A stretch of 64,000 nt of DNA from Isurus oxyrinchus (Eukaryota): the NCBI GenBank assembly GCA_026770705.1, contig JANJGN010000052.1, positions 1,178,001 to 1,242,000 on the forward strand, written 5' to 3'. Below, piece by piece: positions 10,911 to 23,860 of this stretch; positions within the stretch are counted from its first letter, which is position 1; the number at the start of each line of letters is the position of its first letter. The position numbers and the translations under genes are program-made. The notes beneath the pieces are model-generated. The model saw only the letters and a program-made list of their open reading frames with translations, ran no database searches and was not told where the DNA came from.

Positions 10911-12980
10911 AGGTGAGGTGAGAGTGACTGCCTTTGACATCAAGGCTGCATTTGACCGAGTGTGGCCTCTAGGATCCTGGGCAAAATTGGAGTCAATGGG
11001 AATCAGGGGTGGTACGAAAGTATAATAATTTGCTTAATATTTTCCTGGTTTGTTGTAAACTAGGTTTATGGTTGTGAGTGTAGATGGGTCTGTCTGTGTG
11101 GTCTAATTACATCTGGAGTCAGGTAGACTGCAAGTTTGAGATTATCAAAAGAAGCTAGATGTAGAAATGTACTTGAAATGCTAATGAGAACACATGGAGG
11201 CTGTGTTAGCATGTAAGGTGTGAAGGGGTTGTTTAGATTTCAAAGGGATGTTGGTCTGTTTAGGACAAGCCCAATAAGCAAAGCTAAGGAGTTTTTTTTT
11301 AATTTTACCCAAACTTCATTGACAATATTGGCAACATGAAAGTTTATATTATGGGAAAGGTACAGTTCCAAAGAATTTACACATCAAAGAGAGAGAAACA
11401 TGTATAAAGGAGAATGAAAGGCTATGTTGGGGGCCATGTAAGATCTAACAGGAGTGTGTGAAACAGGCTTGAAGAAGCCTCCAGGCATTTGTGCATAAGT
11501 CTGTTATGTTCAGTAAATAAAGTTGGAGAAATCCATTTAGAATTCCAGTGTCAAGTGTGTGCTGTGTTAACTCGCTGGGTTTGTTTTTAATCTAAAATCT
11601 TATTTTGGATTGTTGCCTTAAACGGGCTCTGTAACTGGGAGTCAGGTTAATTAGGAATTTGAGAATTTATTTTAGCTGTAACTAACTGTGACATTATGTC
11701 TGTGCTTGAAATCTTTTATTTTGATAATAAATATCTTAATTGAATTTTTAAAATCTCTAAAGGTTGTGGTCAACTCATTACTCCTGAATTCAGTGCACGC
11801 TTCTTGTAATAAATACAAATTGCAAAACTATTGTGATAGCATGACCAATTTTCCCTTGTGGATTTGGAGCACCAAGCACACATCATCTGCCATGTCATGT
11901 CACAGGGAAAACTCTCCACGCGTTGGATTCATACCCAGCACAAAGGAAGGTGGTTGTGGTTGTTGGAGGTCAGTCATCTCAGTTCCAGGACATCACTGCA
12001 GGAGTTGCTCAGTGTAGTGTCCTAGGCCCAACCATCTTCAGCTGCTTCATCAATGACATTCATTCTATCAGATGGTCAGAATTATGGATGGTCGCTGATG
12101 ATTGCACAACGTTCAACATCATTCATGACTCATCAGATGCTGAAGCAGTCCATGTCCAAATGCAGCAAGACCTGGACAATATCCAGGCTTGGCCTGACAA
12201 GTGGCAAGTAACATTCATGCCACACAAGTGCCAGGCAATGACCATCTCCAAACAGAGAGAATATATCCATCTCCCCTTAATGTCTAATGGCATCACCATT
12301 GCTGAATCCCACACTATCAACACTCTGGGGGTTACCAATGACAAGAAACTGAACTGGACTAGCCATATAAACACTGTGACTATAAGAGCAGGCCAGAGCC
12401 TGGGAATCCTGTGGTAGTAACTCACCTCCTGACTCCCCAAAACCTGTCCACCAACATCAAGGCACAGGTCAGAAGTGATGGAATACTCTCCACTTTCCTA
12501 GATGTGTCCAGCTCCAACAACACTCAAGAAGCTCGACACCGTCCAGGACAAAGCAGCCCCGCTTGATTTGCGCCCCGTCCACAAACATTCTCTCCCTCTA
12601 CAACTGACGCACAGTGGCAGCAGTGTGTGTACCATCTACAAGATGCAACGCAGTGAGTCACCAAGCCTCCTTAGACAGCACCTTCCAAACACATGATCAC
12701 TACCATCTAGAAGGACAAAGGCAGCAGACACATGGGAACACCACCACCTGGAAGTTCCCCTCCAAGTCACTCACCATTCTGACTTGGAAATATATCACCA
12801 TTCCTTCACTGTCGCTGGGTCAGAATCCTGCAACTCCCTCCCAAACAGTTCTGTGGGTGTACATACACCACAGGGACTGCAGCAGCTCAAGAAGGCAGCT
12901 CACCCCCATATTCTCAAGGACAATTAGGGATGGGCAATAAATTCTGGCCTAGCCAGTGTCAGTGAATGAATACAAAAAAG
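10911..12980 (+). mobile_element. 5'-truncated CR1-clade LINE (RT to 3' tail) inserted in gene A 3' flank, interrupted by an LTR-like element
   Basis: Translates to GEVRVTAFDIKAAFDRVW, GVAQCSVLGPTIFSCFIND, VADD; tail gggatgggcaataaa...gaatgaatac. Confidence 0.9.
11010..11904. mobile_element. Solo-LTR-like insertion nested in the CR1 RT region
   Basis: LINE sequence ggaatcagggg|gggaaaactctcc is split by ~895 bp with TG...CA ends and internal AATAAA. TSD is ambiguous within a G run. Confidence 0.7.
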
Positions 12981-13389
12981 AAGCAATTAAAATGCCCTGA
13001 CATTTCTGTACATTTTTATCAAATTAAATACGTACTCTAGTGAATAATTCCATTCTCCAAGGCACCACTTCCTGTTGTCACATGCCCTTCTGATTATTTA
13101 AATTCCTGTGTCATTGGTAATGGAACATTCCCATGTAAACATGTCACACTGTAATTACAGCCTCCTGCCAGTGGTGGTGCTCTAGTGTCCTACCTTTGCT
13201 TCTCAGAGACTGGAGGAGCTGTATACTTTGTGTTTACAATATTAGTAACACTCAGGAGTGACCAGGGGGATTCTTTTGGCCAAGTTTACGATGTTGCTAA
13301 GATACAATGGCCCCCTGGGATTTTTCCTACTGCGTTTACAAGGTTGAATTGAAGAGATTTTTGAAGTGTCTGGCACAGTTTTATGAAGG

Positions 13390-13980
13390 TCCCCTCACAC
13401 CCAATCTGGAGTCACTGGGTTCAGTCCAGAACACCGCACCTCAGGGAAGATATATTGTCCTTGGAGGGGGTGCTGTGCAGAGTCACCAGAACGATCCCGG
13501 GGCTGAAAGGGTTAAATCCCGAGGACAGGTTGCACAGACCAGGCTTGTGTTCCCTCAAGTCTCAAAGATTAAGGGGTGATCTAATCGAGGGGTTTAAGAT
13601 GATTAAAGGATTCGGTGGGGTCGATAGAGAGAAACTATTTCCCCGGATGGTGGGGGTGAGGGTGGGGGTGGGGGTGGGGGTGTGGGGGTGGGGGTGGGGG
13701 TGGGGGTGAGGTGAGGAGGGGTCCAGAACAAGGGGGCAGAACATTAACATTGGAGCCAGGCCGTTCAGGGGGTGATGTCAGGAAGCACTTCTTCACACAA
13801 AGCGGGGGTGGAAATCTGGAACTCTCTCCCCCAGAAAAAGCTGTCGAGACTGGGAGGGGTCAATTGTAAATTTCAAAACTGAGATTGGGAGATTGTTGTT
13901 GGGTCGGGGGTTAAGGGTCACGGAACCGAGGCGGGTGGATGGGGTTAAGATACAGATCGGACGTCATCCAATCAAATGTT
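13390..13980 (+). mobile_element. CR1/L3 LINE 3' fragment (second family) with an internal (GGGGT)n tract
   Basis: Translates to SQRLRGDLIEGFKMIKG, typical of the CR1 ORF2 C-terminus. Confidence 0.8.
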
Positions 13981-14944
13981 AGGACGGTGAGTCTCAGGGA
14001 GGCTGGCCCAACCCCAGACGCAGCCGTCTCTGTGACCTGCTTCAACCCTGTTGGTCAGCAATGACAACATGAGTTGATGTTAGCCTGATATGTAGTGCAT
14101 GGAGGGATATTACTCTCCAGGGTGTGTGTGCATCACAGTGCTCATTCACATGTGTTCCATGTGCACCTACATCAGCTGTGTAGACATACAAGCCTCAATG
14201 CTGCATCTGGGGAATGTGCCATGTCTCACACCTTAGCTGCAGCACGACCCTTCCCTTGGAGCTCTGTGTGCTCGAGACATATTTTGTTATTTTTTCCTGC
14301 CGTCTCTGTGTCCCCCGACCCGGGAGTGAAAATCCGGCCTTAACTTCCACTTTCTAGTGTCTGAGACAAGAGGCAATGAGTGAGTGGGCTGACGGTCAGG
14401 ATTAATGCTGTTAATCTGTGTTTGAGGGGCTGTGAATTCTCGGGGGACTAGTTACTCTCTGAGCTGCAGCTTCCAATTCCTTATTTGATGCCGTGCATGT
14501 GGGGTTGGAAGATTATTTTTAAAACCACAGGCAGTTCACAGAAACCCACAGGAAACCCACAGAGAGACAGTCACCGGGAAACACACTCACTCCTTGTGGT
14601 TTCACCTTTTAACCACATCCTGTCTGTGTGGCTTAAATGTTAAACACACCGGCCACACTCAGGGAGGTTNNNNNNNNNNNNNNNNNNNNNNNNNNNNNNN
14701 NNNNNNNNNNNNNNNNNNNNNNNNNNNNNNNNNNNNNNNNNNNNNNNNNNNNNNNNNNNNNNNNNNNNNNNNNNNNNNNNNNNNNNNNNNNNNNNNNNNN
14801 NNNNNNNNNNNNNNNNNNNNNNNNNNNNNNNNNNNNNNNNNNNNNNNNNNNNNNNNNNNNNNNNCAGACAGACACACATACACACATACACACATACTTA
14901 CACACACACACTCACTCACACACAGGCAAACACACACACAAATA

Positions 14945-17115
14945 TCCTGACAGCAAACTGCGATTAAGAGCTTCCTACAACTTAACTAACAGACCAAAGA
15001 CATATTGAACTGTCTGAAAGTGACTTGTTTTTCAAAGAAATACAAGATTGTACACAGATCAAAAATGGCTGACACAAGTCATCTGATTGCTGATACTGTG
15101 AAGTTGATCACTTCTCTGGAAAGGTTCAAATGAATTGCAATGCAGACCTGTTGCATGGAAGTTCATGCCTGGTGTGTGTCAGGGTTCACTTCAAACAGGG
15201 ACACTCTTAAAAGGAAGGCATTAAAATGCAAAGTGCTGGACTTTGATCAGCTGTAGTTCTATCAAAACAGTAGGAACTGCTCACCAAGCGGATAATCATC
15301 AGCCATTCAAAACTCCCTGTGGAGGATACAATACCCCCATCTCCTGTTGATTTATATCTTGAAATGCATCAAATGTTTTGGAGATGCAAAGATAAAAAAT
15401 GGGAATACTTGGTCTATAACAATGAATGCAAAACATGCTGATTGAATTCCCTTCAGGAATATACAGACAGGAGTCAAACAAATGGTTCTGCCAAGCAGAT
15501 ATAAGAGAAAGGAGGAGGAAAAAGAAATATGACAGTCTTCCACAAACACTGCTGGAAAAGAGCAGAAATGACTTCTCCCTCCCTCTCGTTCTGTCCATCT
15601 CTGTCTCTCTCTCTGTCTCTCTCTGTCTCTCTCTGTCTGAAGCTAACAGACAGTCTTCAACAACGTGCAAGTCTGAGCCAGATGAAATACAGGAATCTGC
15701 TGAAAACCAACTAATTTAAAACAGCTTCAAACTTCACAGCCTAAGCTGCAGTACAAGCAAATGACTCTTAATTTTTTATTGGACTCTATAATTATTTTAC
15801 CTCTGATATCTGTGTGTATGTTTATGTGTGTGTCTGTGTGTGTGTGCCTGTGTGTCTGTTTGTGTGTGTGTGTGTGCCTGTCTGTGTGTGTGTGTGTTGT
15901 GTCTGTGTGAGCGTGTCTGTGTGTGTGCATTTGCCTGTGTGTGCGTGTCAGCCTGTCTGTGTGTGTGTCTGTGCACCTGTCTGTGTGAGTGTGTGTATGT
16001 GTGTGTAATTAAAAAATTAAAATGTGTCCCATTTTTATTATTTTTTCTCCAGTTAGGTAACTAATAAACTGACTCTTTCTTTGACTCAACCAAACATGGT
16101 TTAATTGGTTCATTCTTAACAACCAAAGACACTTGTTTTGCAAATTGCATTTGGGGGAAAATATATTTTAAACCCTTTCTTTCAACCAACCATAATTACC
16201 TGTTAAACCTCTTAACCTCATTACTACTGAATTCAAAGCCCACATCTCAAAACATACAAGTTGGAAATTAGTTGTGACAGTTGTTTCAAGTTTCCCTCCA
16301 GGATTTGAACAGCTCAGCATTTACCATCTGTTATGTCATAACAGAGCTTCCTTCAACTTAACCAACGAGCCAAAAATGTATTGAACTGTTTAAAGGAGAC
16401 CTGTTTTTTAAAAGTACAAGATTAGGCTCTGATCAAAAATGGCTGTCACGAGTCACCTGATTGCTGATACTGCAAACTTGATCACTTCTCTGGAAAGCTT
16501 CAAATGAATTGCACTACAGACATGTTGCATGAAAGTTCTCACTGAGGTGTGTCAGGGTCCACTTGAAACAGGGGTTCCCTTAAAAATGCAAAGCGCTGGA
16601 CTTTGATCACTGTAGGTCTATCAAGGTAATGGGAACTGCTCACCATGCAGATATTCATCAATCATTCAAAACCCCTTGTGGAGGATGAAATGCCTCCATC
16701 TCCTGTAGATTTATATCTTGAAAAGCATCAAATGTTTCAGAGATGCAAAGATCAAAAAAGGGATTACTTGGTCTGCAACTATGAATGCAAGACATGCTGA
16801 TCGAATTCCCTTTGGGAATATACAGACAGGAGTTTAACAACAGGTTCTGTCAAGCAGATATAAGAGAAAGTAGGAGGAAAAAGAAAGATGGCAGTCACTC
16901 AAAAACACTGCTGGAAAAAAGCAGAAATTCTCCCTCTCTCTCTCTTTCTGAAGCTAACAGAGCATCTTCAACAAAGTGCAAATCTGAATCAAATCACCAC
17001 CAGGATGACACAGGAAACCAATTAACTTTGAACAGATGCAAACGTCAACAATGTATTTCTCAAAGACAAGCAAAGGTATTAATCATATATTCTTTTACAT
17101 TGTTATTGGACTCTA
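14945..17115. mobile_element. Two tandem diverged copies of an ~0.8-kb LTR-like interspersed repeat (about 14945-15790 and 16344-17115)
   Basis: Shared blocks e.g. gatcaaaaatggctg, gcagatataagagaaag. Segment 16215-16343 resembles the 3' end of the 11010-11904 element. Copies recur at 53715-54570 and 56600-57390. Confidence 0.5.
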
Positions 17116-17599
17116 ANNNNNNNNNNNNNNNNNNNNNNNNNNNNNNNNNNNNNNNNNNNNNNNNNNNNNNNNNNNNNNNNNNNNNNNNNNNNNNNNNNNN
17201 NNNNNNNNNNNNNNNNNNNNNNNNNNNNNNNNNNNNNNNNNNNNNNNNNNNNNNNNNNNNNNNNNNNNNNNNNNNNNNNNNNNNNNNNNNNNNNNNNNNN
17301 NNNNNNNNNNNNNNNNNNNNNNNNNNNNNNNNNNNNNNNNNNNNNNNNNNNNNNNNNNNNNNNNNNNNNNNNNNNNNNNNNNNNNNNNNNNNNNNNNNNN
17401 NNNNNNNNNNNNNNNNNNCATCTTTATTATAAATGTTATTTAAAAATAGTGATCACACAAGCCTGGTTTCTAAGGAACTGAAACTGCAAACAATTTACAG
17501 CATAGTGAAACGTACAGGAATAATCTATTTTGAGCTGATGATATATAATTATACATGAGGCATGTTGCTAATTTCAAACATCATCTGAAATATGGCAGG

Positions 17600-18425
17600 T
17601 CTGACAGTGCAGCATTCCCTCAGTGCCCACCCTCTGACAGTGCAGCACTGCCTCATCACTGACCGTCTGACAGTGCAGCACTCTCTCAGTGCTCACCCTC
17701 TGACAGTGCAGCACTCCCGCATCACTGACCCTCTGACAGTGCAGCATTCCCTCAGTGCTCACCCTCCGACAGTGCAGCACTCCCTCATCACTGATCCTCT
17801 GACAATGCAGCATTCCCTCAGTACTGACCCTCTGACAGTGCAGCACTCCCTCAGTGCTCACCCTCTGACAGTGCAGCACTCCCTTAGCACTGACCGTCTG
17901 ACAGTGCAGCAATTCCTCAATGCTCACCCTCCAATAGTGCAGCACTCCCTCAGTACCGACCCTCTGGGAGTGCAGCACTCCCTCAGTACTGACCCTCTGG
18001 GAGTGCAGCAATCCCTCAGTGCTGACCCTCCGACAGTGCAGCACTCCCTCAGTACTGACCCTCTGACAGTGCAGCACTCCCTCAGTGCTCACCCTCTGAC
18101 AGTGCAGCACTCCCTCAGTGCTCACCCTCTGACAGTGCAGCACTCCCTCAGTGCTCACCCTCTGACAGTACAGCACTCCCTTAGCACTGACCGTCTGACA
18201 GTGCAGCAATTCCTCAACACTCACCCTCCATAAGTGCAGCACTCCCTCAGCACTGACCCTTTGACAGTGTGGCACTCCCTCAGTACTGACCCTCTGGGAG
18301 TGCAGCACTCCCTCAGTACCGACCCTCTGGGAGTGAAGCACTCCCTCAGTACTGACCCTCCGACAGTGAGCACTCCCTCAGTACTGATCTTCCAACAGTG
18401 CAGCACTCCCTCAGCACTCCCTCAC
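17600..18425 (-). repeat. 33-bp minisatellite array, reverse orientation
   Basis: (GACAGTGCAGCACTCCCTCAGTACTGACCCTCT)n. Confidence 0.95.
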
Positions 18426-19337
18426 TGGGGCGAGTCCATCCGCATTTTGAGCTGAAACCTTGAGATGGTCTCAAAATCCCAACCTTCCATCTCGGAGAGA
18501 GAGAGTGCGTTTGTGTGAGAGAGAGAGACAATGTATGTGTGAGAGACTGAGAGTGTGTATGTGTGAGGGAGCAAAAGAGAGTTAGAGTGTGTGTGCATGA
18601 GAGAGGGAGGTAGCTTGTGTGTGTGAGAGAGAGAGTGTGTGTGAGAGAAAGAGAACGTCTGTGAGAGTGAGAGAGAATTTATGTGTGAGAGAGAAAGATA
18701 GAGAGAATGTGCGTGTGAGATAGTGTGTGTGCAAAAGAGAGTGTGTGTCTGTGAGAGAGTGTTTGTGTATGTGAGAGTGAGAGTGAGTTTATCTGTGAGA
18801 GATAAAGATAATGAGAGAATGTGTGCGTGAGATAGTGCGTTTGTGAAAGAGCGTGTATGTGATAGTGTGTTTGTGTATGTGAGAGTGTGTGTGTGAGATC
18901 GTGTGTGTGTGTGTTTGAGAGAGGGTGTGTGTGTTTGCGAGAGAGGGAGATTGTGCATTTGAGAGAGGGAGTGAGAGAGAACATGTGTGTGAGAGAGTGT
19001 GTGTGTGTATGTGTGTGCGTGAAAGAGAAAGTGTTTGTGCAAAAGAGTGTGTNNNNNNNNNNNNNNNNNNNNNNNNNNNNNNNNNNNNNNNNNNNNNNNN
19101 NNNNNNNNNNNNNNNNNNNNNNNNNNNNNNNNNNNNNNNNNNNNNNNNNNNNNNNNNNNNNNNNNNNNNNNNNNNNNNNNNNNTGAGTTCACAGTTTCAC
19201 ACGTTGCTAGGGACCACTTTTCCTCCTCTCTGTCAGACTGTGTGTATCTGACAGCAGGTCAGGCAGAAATAGTCCAGAATGCACTGTGGTTTTGTAGCAT
19301 TGAAACAACGACATGAATTAAATGAGTGCTGCACCAA

Positions 19338-20762
19338 TATCAGTGTGTGGCAGAGAATGAACGTGGAGCGTTGGAGGGATTTATATCCATCTCTGTAGAA
19401 CGTGAGTTACACAGAATTGAACATTCTCTTGTTGTTAGCTCATGGGATGTGGGCATTGTTGACAAGGCCAGAAATTATTGCCCATCTGTAACTGCCCCTT
19501 GAGAAGGTGGTGGTGAGCTGCCTTCTTTAACCACTACATTCCCTGTGGTGTAGGTACACCCACAGTGCTGTTAGGGAGGGAGTTCCAGGATTTTGTCCCA
19601 GTGACGGTGAAGGAACGGCCGATGTGGTTCCAAGTCCCAGGGCAGACCACCACCTCAAGTTCACCTCCAAGTCACACACCATACTGACTTGGAACTGTCT
19701 TGGTGGAAGAGGTTAAGATTTTGGAAGGTACTGTCGAAGGAGCATTGGTGTGTTGCTGCAGCGCATCTTGTAGATGGTGCACACTGCTGCCATTGTGTGC
19801 CAGTGGTGGAGGGTATGAATGTTTATGCTGGTGGATGGGCTGTCGATCAAACAAGCTGCTCCTGGATGGTGTTGAGGTTCTTGAGTGTTGTTGGAGCTGC
19901 ACTTATTCAGGCAATTGGAGATTATTCCATCACACTCCTGACTTGTGCCTTGTTGATGGTGGACAGGCTTTGGAGAGTCAGGAGGTGAGTTACTCACCGC
20001 AGAGTTCCCAGCCTCTGACCCGCTCTTGTAGCCACATTATTTCCTGTTGCCAGGTGATTGCCAGGGCCAATAGCCTTTGCTGTATCCAGTATCATCAGCT
20101 GATTCCTGATGTCACGTGGAGTCAATCGAATTGTCTGAAAGCTGACATCTGTGATGCTGGGACCCTCTGGAGGAGGCCGAGATGGAGCATCCACTCAGCA
20201 CTTCTGGCTGAACATGGTTGCCAATGCTTCAGCCTTGTCGTTTGCACTGATGTGCTGAGCTCCCCCATCATTAAGGATGGGGATATTTGTGGAACATCCT
20301 CCTCCTGTTAGATCTTTAACTGTCCATCACCATTCATGACTGGATGTGGCAGGACTGCAGAGCTTAGATCTGACCCGTTAGTTGTGGGATCGTTTTGCTC
20401 TGTCTATAGCATGTTGTTTCCGCTGTTTGGTGTGTATGTAGTCCTGTGTGTCACCTCAGCAGCTTGGCACCTCTGTTATATGTGAATCCTCCTTATAGAA
20501 ACCTGCATGTACATGGATATTATCAATAAATATTACATAGATAAATGTTATTTGTATAGACCTTTCATGCATAGACAATATCACTTCACAAGTTCAGAAT
20601 TACTACATGTACATAGGGAACCATTCTCAAACTGTACCGGAGTCATTCATTGGCTGATTTTACAGGGCGAGATTCCAATGAATGGAAAGCAGGATTGCTT
20701 GGAGCTGGAATCTGTTTGAGTGTTGGACTGAGTGGATTCTTCATCTTCAAGTGTGTGAGAAA
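19338..20762 (+). pseudogene. Relic B: broken Ig exon (19338-19401) plus diverged TM exon (20666-20762)
   Basis: YQCVAENERGALEGFISISVE|gtgagt; ttttacag|RDSNEWKAGLLGAGICLSVGLSGFFIFKCVRK|gtaagt (97 nt, same phases as gene A TM); no upstream or cytoplasmic exons found. Confidence 0.8.
19440..20475 (-). mobile_element. Rearranged CR1 LINE fragments
   Basis: Reverse-complement match to the 11905-12980 and 31930-33890 LINE sequences. Confidence 0.85.
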
Positions 20763-21069
20763 GTAAGTGTGAAGGTTTAATTGGTTGTTTTCGAAAATGT
20801 TTTCTTCAACCTTCTCTCCTTATAGAAAGAACTTGCATTTCTATAGCACCTTTTACAATCCAAAACCCTTCACAGCCCCTGAAGAGCTTTGATGTTCAAT
20901 CAGTATTTTACATCTCATCCTACACTCCCTGTTTGACAACTCAGTCCTGTAACAGGCAGTGTTGACCCGGACCATAAGATACCTTGTGACCTACTGAGGA
21001 TGTGAAAGGTGCTATATAAATGAAAACCTTTCTTTTGTTAGTGAATGCAATCTCTTTCCTTTTTCCATG

Positions 21070-21330
21070 TTTCATTCACTCTCTCTTATCTCCACTAATG
21101 CTCGCCTTCTCATTCTCTCTCTCATTCACTCTCTCTCTTATCTCCACTAATGCTCTCCTTCTCATTCTCTCTCTCATTCACTCTCTCTCTTATCTCCACT
21201 AATTCTCTCCTTCTCATTCTCTCTCTCATTCACTCTCTCTCCTATCTCCGCTAATGCTCTCCTTCTCATTCTCTCTCTCATTCACTCTCTCTCCAATCTC
21301 CACTAATGCTCTCCTTCTCATTCTCTCTCT
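21070..21330. repeat. ~52-bp CT-rich tandem repeat, about 5 copies
   Basis: ctcattcactctctctcttatctccactaatgctctccttctcattctctct repeated. Confidence 0.85.
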
Positions 21331-21589
21331 CGTCCTCTTACACAATGTTCAGTATCTCACATTTTTAAGGAGCGCTGAGCAACATCTGCTCCTTCAGAAG
21401 ATCCACCTCAACACCTGGAGTGAGCAGTGAATTGCAACTCGCTCACCAACTGCTCAGCTTTACACAGGAATCACGTCACAGAGTCAGGACACAAAGGGTT
21501 AACAGTTTGTTTACAACACAACACTAAGGCCCTACGTTTCAGTGAAAGGGTTTTCACAATTGTTCCCCAATTCCTGATTTTACTCACAG

Positions 21590-21740
21590 TGACACATCAA
21601 CCCTTTCTCATTAAATACACAGAGGGAGCAGCACAGGAAGAGGTCATTCAGCCCAAGCAGAGCGTGTGGGCAGTTCCTCCCCAGGCGAGCAGTCGGACAG
21701 GTCCTGGGTAAGTAAGGGAACGATTGGAATTCACTTCCAT
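21590..21740 (+). promoter_or_regulatory. Putative promoter and non-coding exon 1, copy 1 (donor at 21708)
   Basis: Block conserved in three copies, each ~0.4 kb upstream of a leader exon; ends CCTGG|gtaagt; contains ETS/PU.1-like GGAA cores. Confidence 0.55.
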
Positions 21741-22150
21741 GACCAACACCATCCTTTGTTGATGTTGTGACTTTATAAAGACAGATTCCAATAACTGATG
21801 CCTTTGAAAGATTTCTACTGATTATTGAGATCTGGGTGTGAGGCTCAAGTCTGTTGTACAGAACATTTTTCTAGCTCAAGGGATGAGGGAAGAGCAGGGA
21901 CATGAGCTTTGGGGTGTCCTGAGCAGGTGAAAGGCGATATAGAAATGCAAGTCCTTCATTGTTTTACTTTCTTAAAGCCTTGTAACTCTCTGCAGAGCAC
22001 ATATCATCCCACAGAGAATGAAATTAGTCTGTGAAGACATTGTCTAAAAACAGTTCTGATCTCTCGAGAGGTGTCGGACAAGAGGTGAGGTCTCGTTAAC
22101 TCATTTCTCTTTCACAGCTTGAGAACCAATGAAATACCTGGGAGTGGACA

Positions 22151-22190
22151 ATGATCAGGAAATCTTACTTCCTCCTGTCACTTCTCCAAG
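22151..22190 (+). CDS. Signal-peptide exon, copy 1 (MIRKSYFLLSLLQ; exon 22118-22190)
   Basis: tttcacag acceptor, acaATG, CAAG|gtaata phase-1 donor. Confidence 0.7.
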
Positions 22191-22976
22191 GTAATATCAT
22201 TGTCAGCTCGGACAGATTTATGGCTAATAGTCTTTGTAAAACATAATTCTTATTGAGCTGTGATTGGGAACAGATTCAGCAGTGAGCCAGTGTACAATCT
22301 CACACCAAGTCCCATTCACCCATCACCCCTGTGCTCACTGATATACACTGACTCCCTGTCTGACAGCAGAATTGGAGGATAGCAGAGGACTTTGAGGTTT
22401 GCATGGTTGGAGGAGAAAGTGATTGGAGAAGAGGAATGGAGGGAATGGAAATTGAGGATGAGAGTCTTAAACTCGAGGCTCTGCTGGACTGGGAGCCAGT
22501 GCAGGTCAGCGAGTGGCAGAGGGTGTGAGGTGTTGAGTTGAGAAACAGTGATAAATACTGGGGGATGAAGTCTATCCTGATGCTTGGACGCCGATAGCAA
22601 AGGAATGAAATTTGTGTCTTTTGCTGATTTTAGTCAGAATTTCCCATGAAGACAACACAGCAGCTCCTAGAATAGACAGGCTGTTCAGTGTCACACTTCC
22701 TGTCCATTCTCACCTTGCTAGATACTTCAATAAGGGAGCAAGATAACTGAAAGAGAGAAGGAAGGTAAAACTGTCTGTGTGTAAAGGTGTCAATATTCAG
22801 TCTGTATATTTGTCTTTCTCTCGACACATGCAGAGCTCAGGCTAGAGGCGCTTTGTTAGTGTGTTTCACAGTGTCTGCTGGAGTAGGGTCAGTGCTGAGC
22901 TTGGGGACAAGTCAGTCTACAATGCTGCATCGGAATCAACAATACAACAATATGGGGTTTGGATCAGAAATAATCC

Positions 22977-23100
22977 CTTAGACAATGAGGATCCAAAGAG
23001 ATTCCTTGGACAATGAGGATCCAAAAAGATTCCTTAGACATGAGGATCCAAAGAGATTCCTTAGACAATGAGGATCCAAAGAGATTCCTTAGACAATGAA
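22977..23100. repeat. 28-bp tandem repeat (CTTAGACAATGAGGATCCAAAGAGATTC)n
   Basis: About 4 copies; longer paralogous array at 62603-62785. Confidence 0.9.
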
Positions 23101-23709
23101 CATACAAAGTGCACCAATGATAGTGAATCAGATTAGCCAATCAGCTGTGTTGAAGAGCAGACAGGAATGTTAGGCTAATTAGTGATTCATGACTGTGATA
23201 ATGGGGGGAGTTCTGACGGCTCCTAATCCATTGTCCTGTCTTGTAAATCAGCAACTTAATACTGACCCTCCAACAGTGCAGCACTCCCTCAGTACTGATC
23301 CTCCAACATTGCAGCACTCCCTGATTAATGTCCCTCTGACAGTGCAGCACTCCCTCAGTACTGACCCTGAAACAGTGGAGATCTCCCTCAGTACTGACCT
23401 TACAATAGTGCAACACTCGCTCAGTAATGACCATCCGACAGTGCAGCACTTGCTCAGTACTGACACTGGGGAGTTTCAGTCTACTCTGTGGGGCAGACGT
23501 CCCCTGAATCGGGTCTTGAATCCCACAACATTCTGACCCCCTGAATTTGGCTGTGAAACCCACTGACCCACAGGAGAAACTCCTGGTCAATGACTGTCCA
23601 CCTGTGAGCAGAAATATCACCACAGGGTCAGGACACAAAGTTCACCAACATCTCAAAACATGAGCTGCTCTGTCACTTTGATCCAACTTCCTCATTTTGT
23701 CTCACAGAG

Positions 23710-23860
23710 ACACATCAACCCTTTCTCACTAAATACACAGAGGGGGCAGCACAGGAAGAGGTCATTCAGCCCAAGCAGAGCGTGTGGGCAGTTCCTCCCC
23801 AGGCGAGCAGTCGGACAGGTCCTGGGTAAGTAACGGAACGATTGGAATTCACTTCCACGA
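23710..23860 (+). promoter_or_regulatory. Putative promoter and non-coding exon 1, copy 2 (donor at 23826)
   Basis: Near-identical to 21590-21740 and 60830-60980. Confidence 0.55.

Noticed and set aside
17574-18455. CRISPR-like appearance of 33-bp, 37-bp and 28-bp arrays
   Set aside because: Head-to-tail repeats without unique spacers, eukaryotic context, no cas genes
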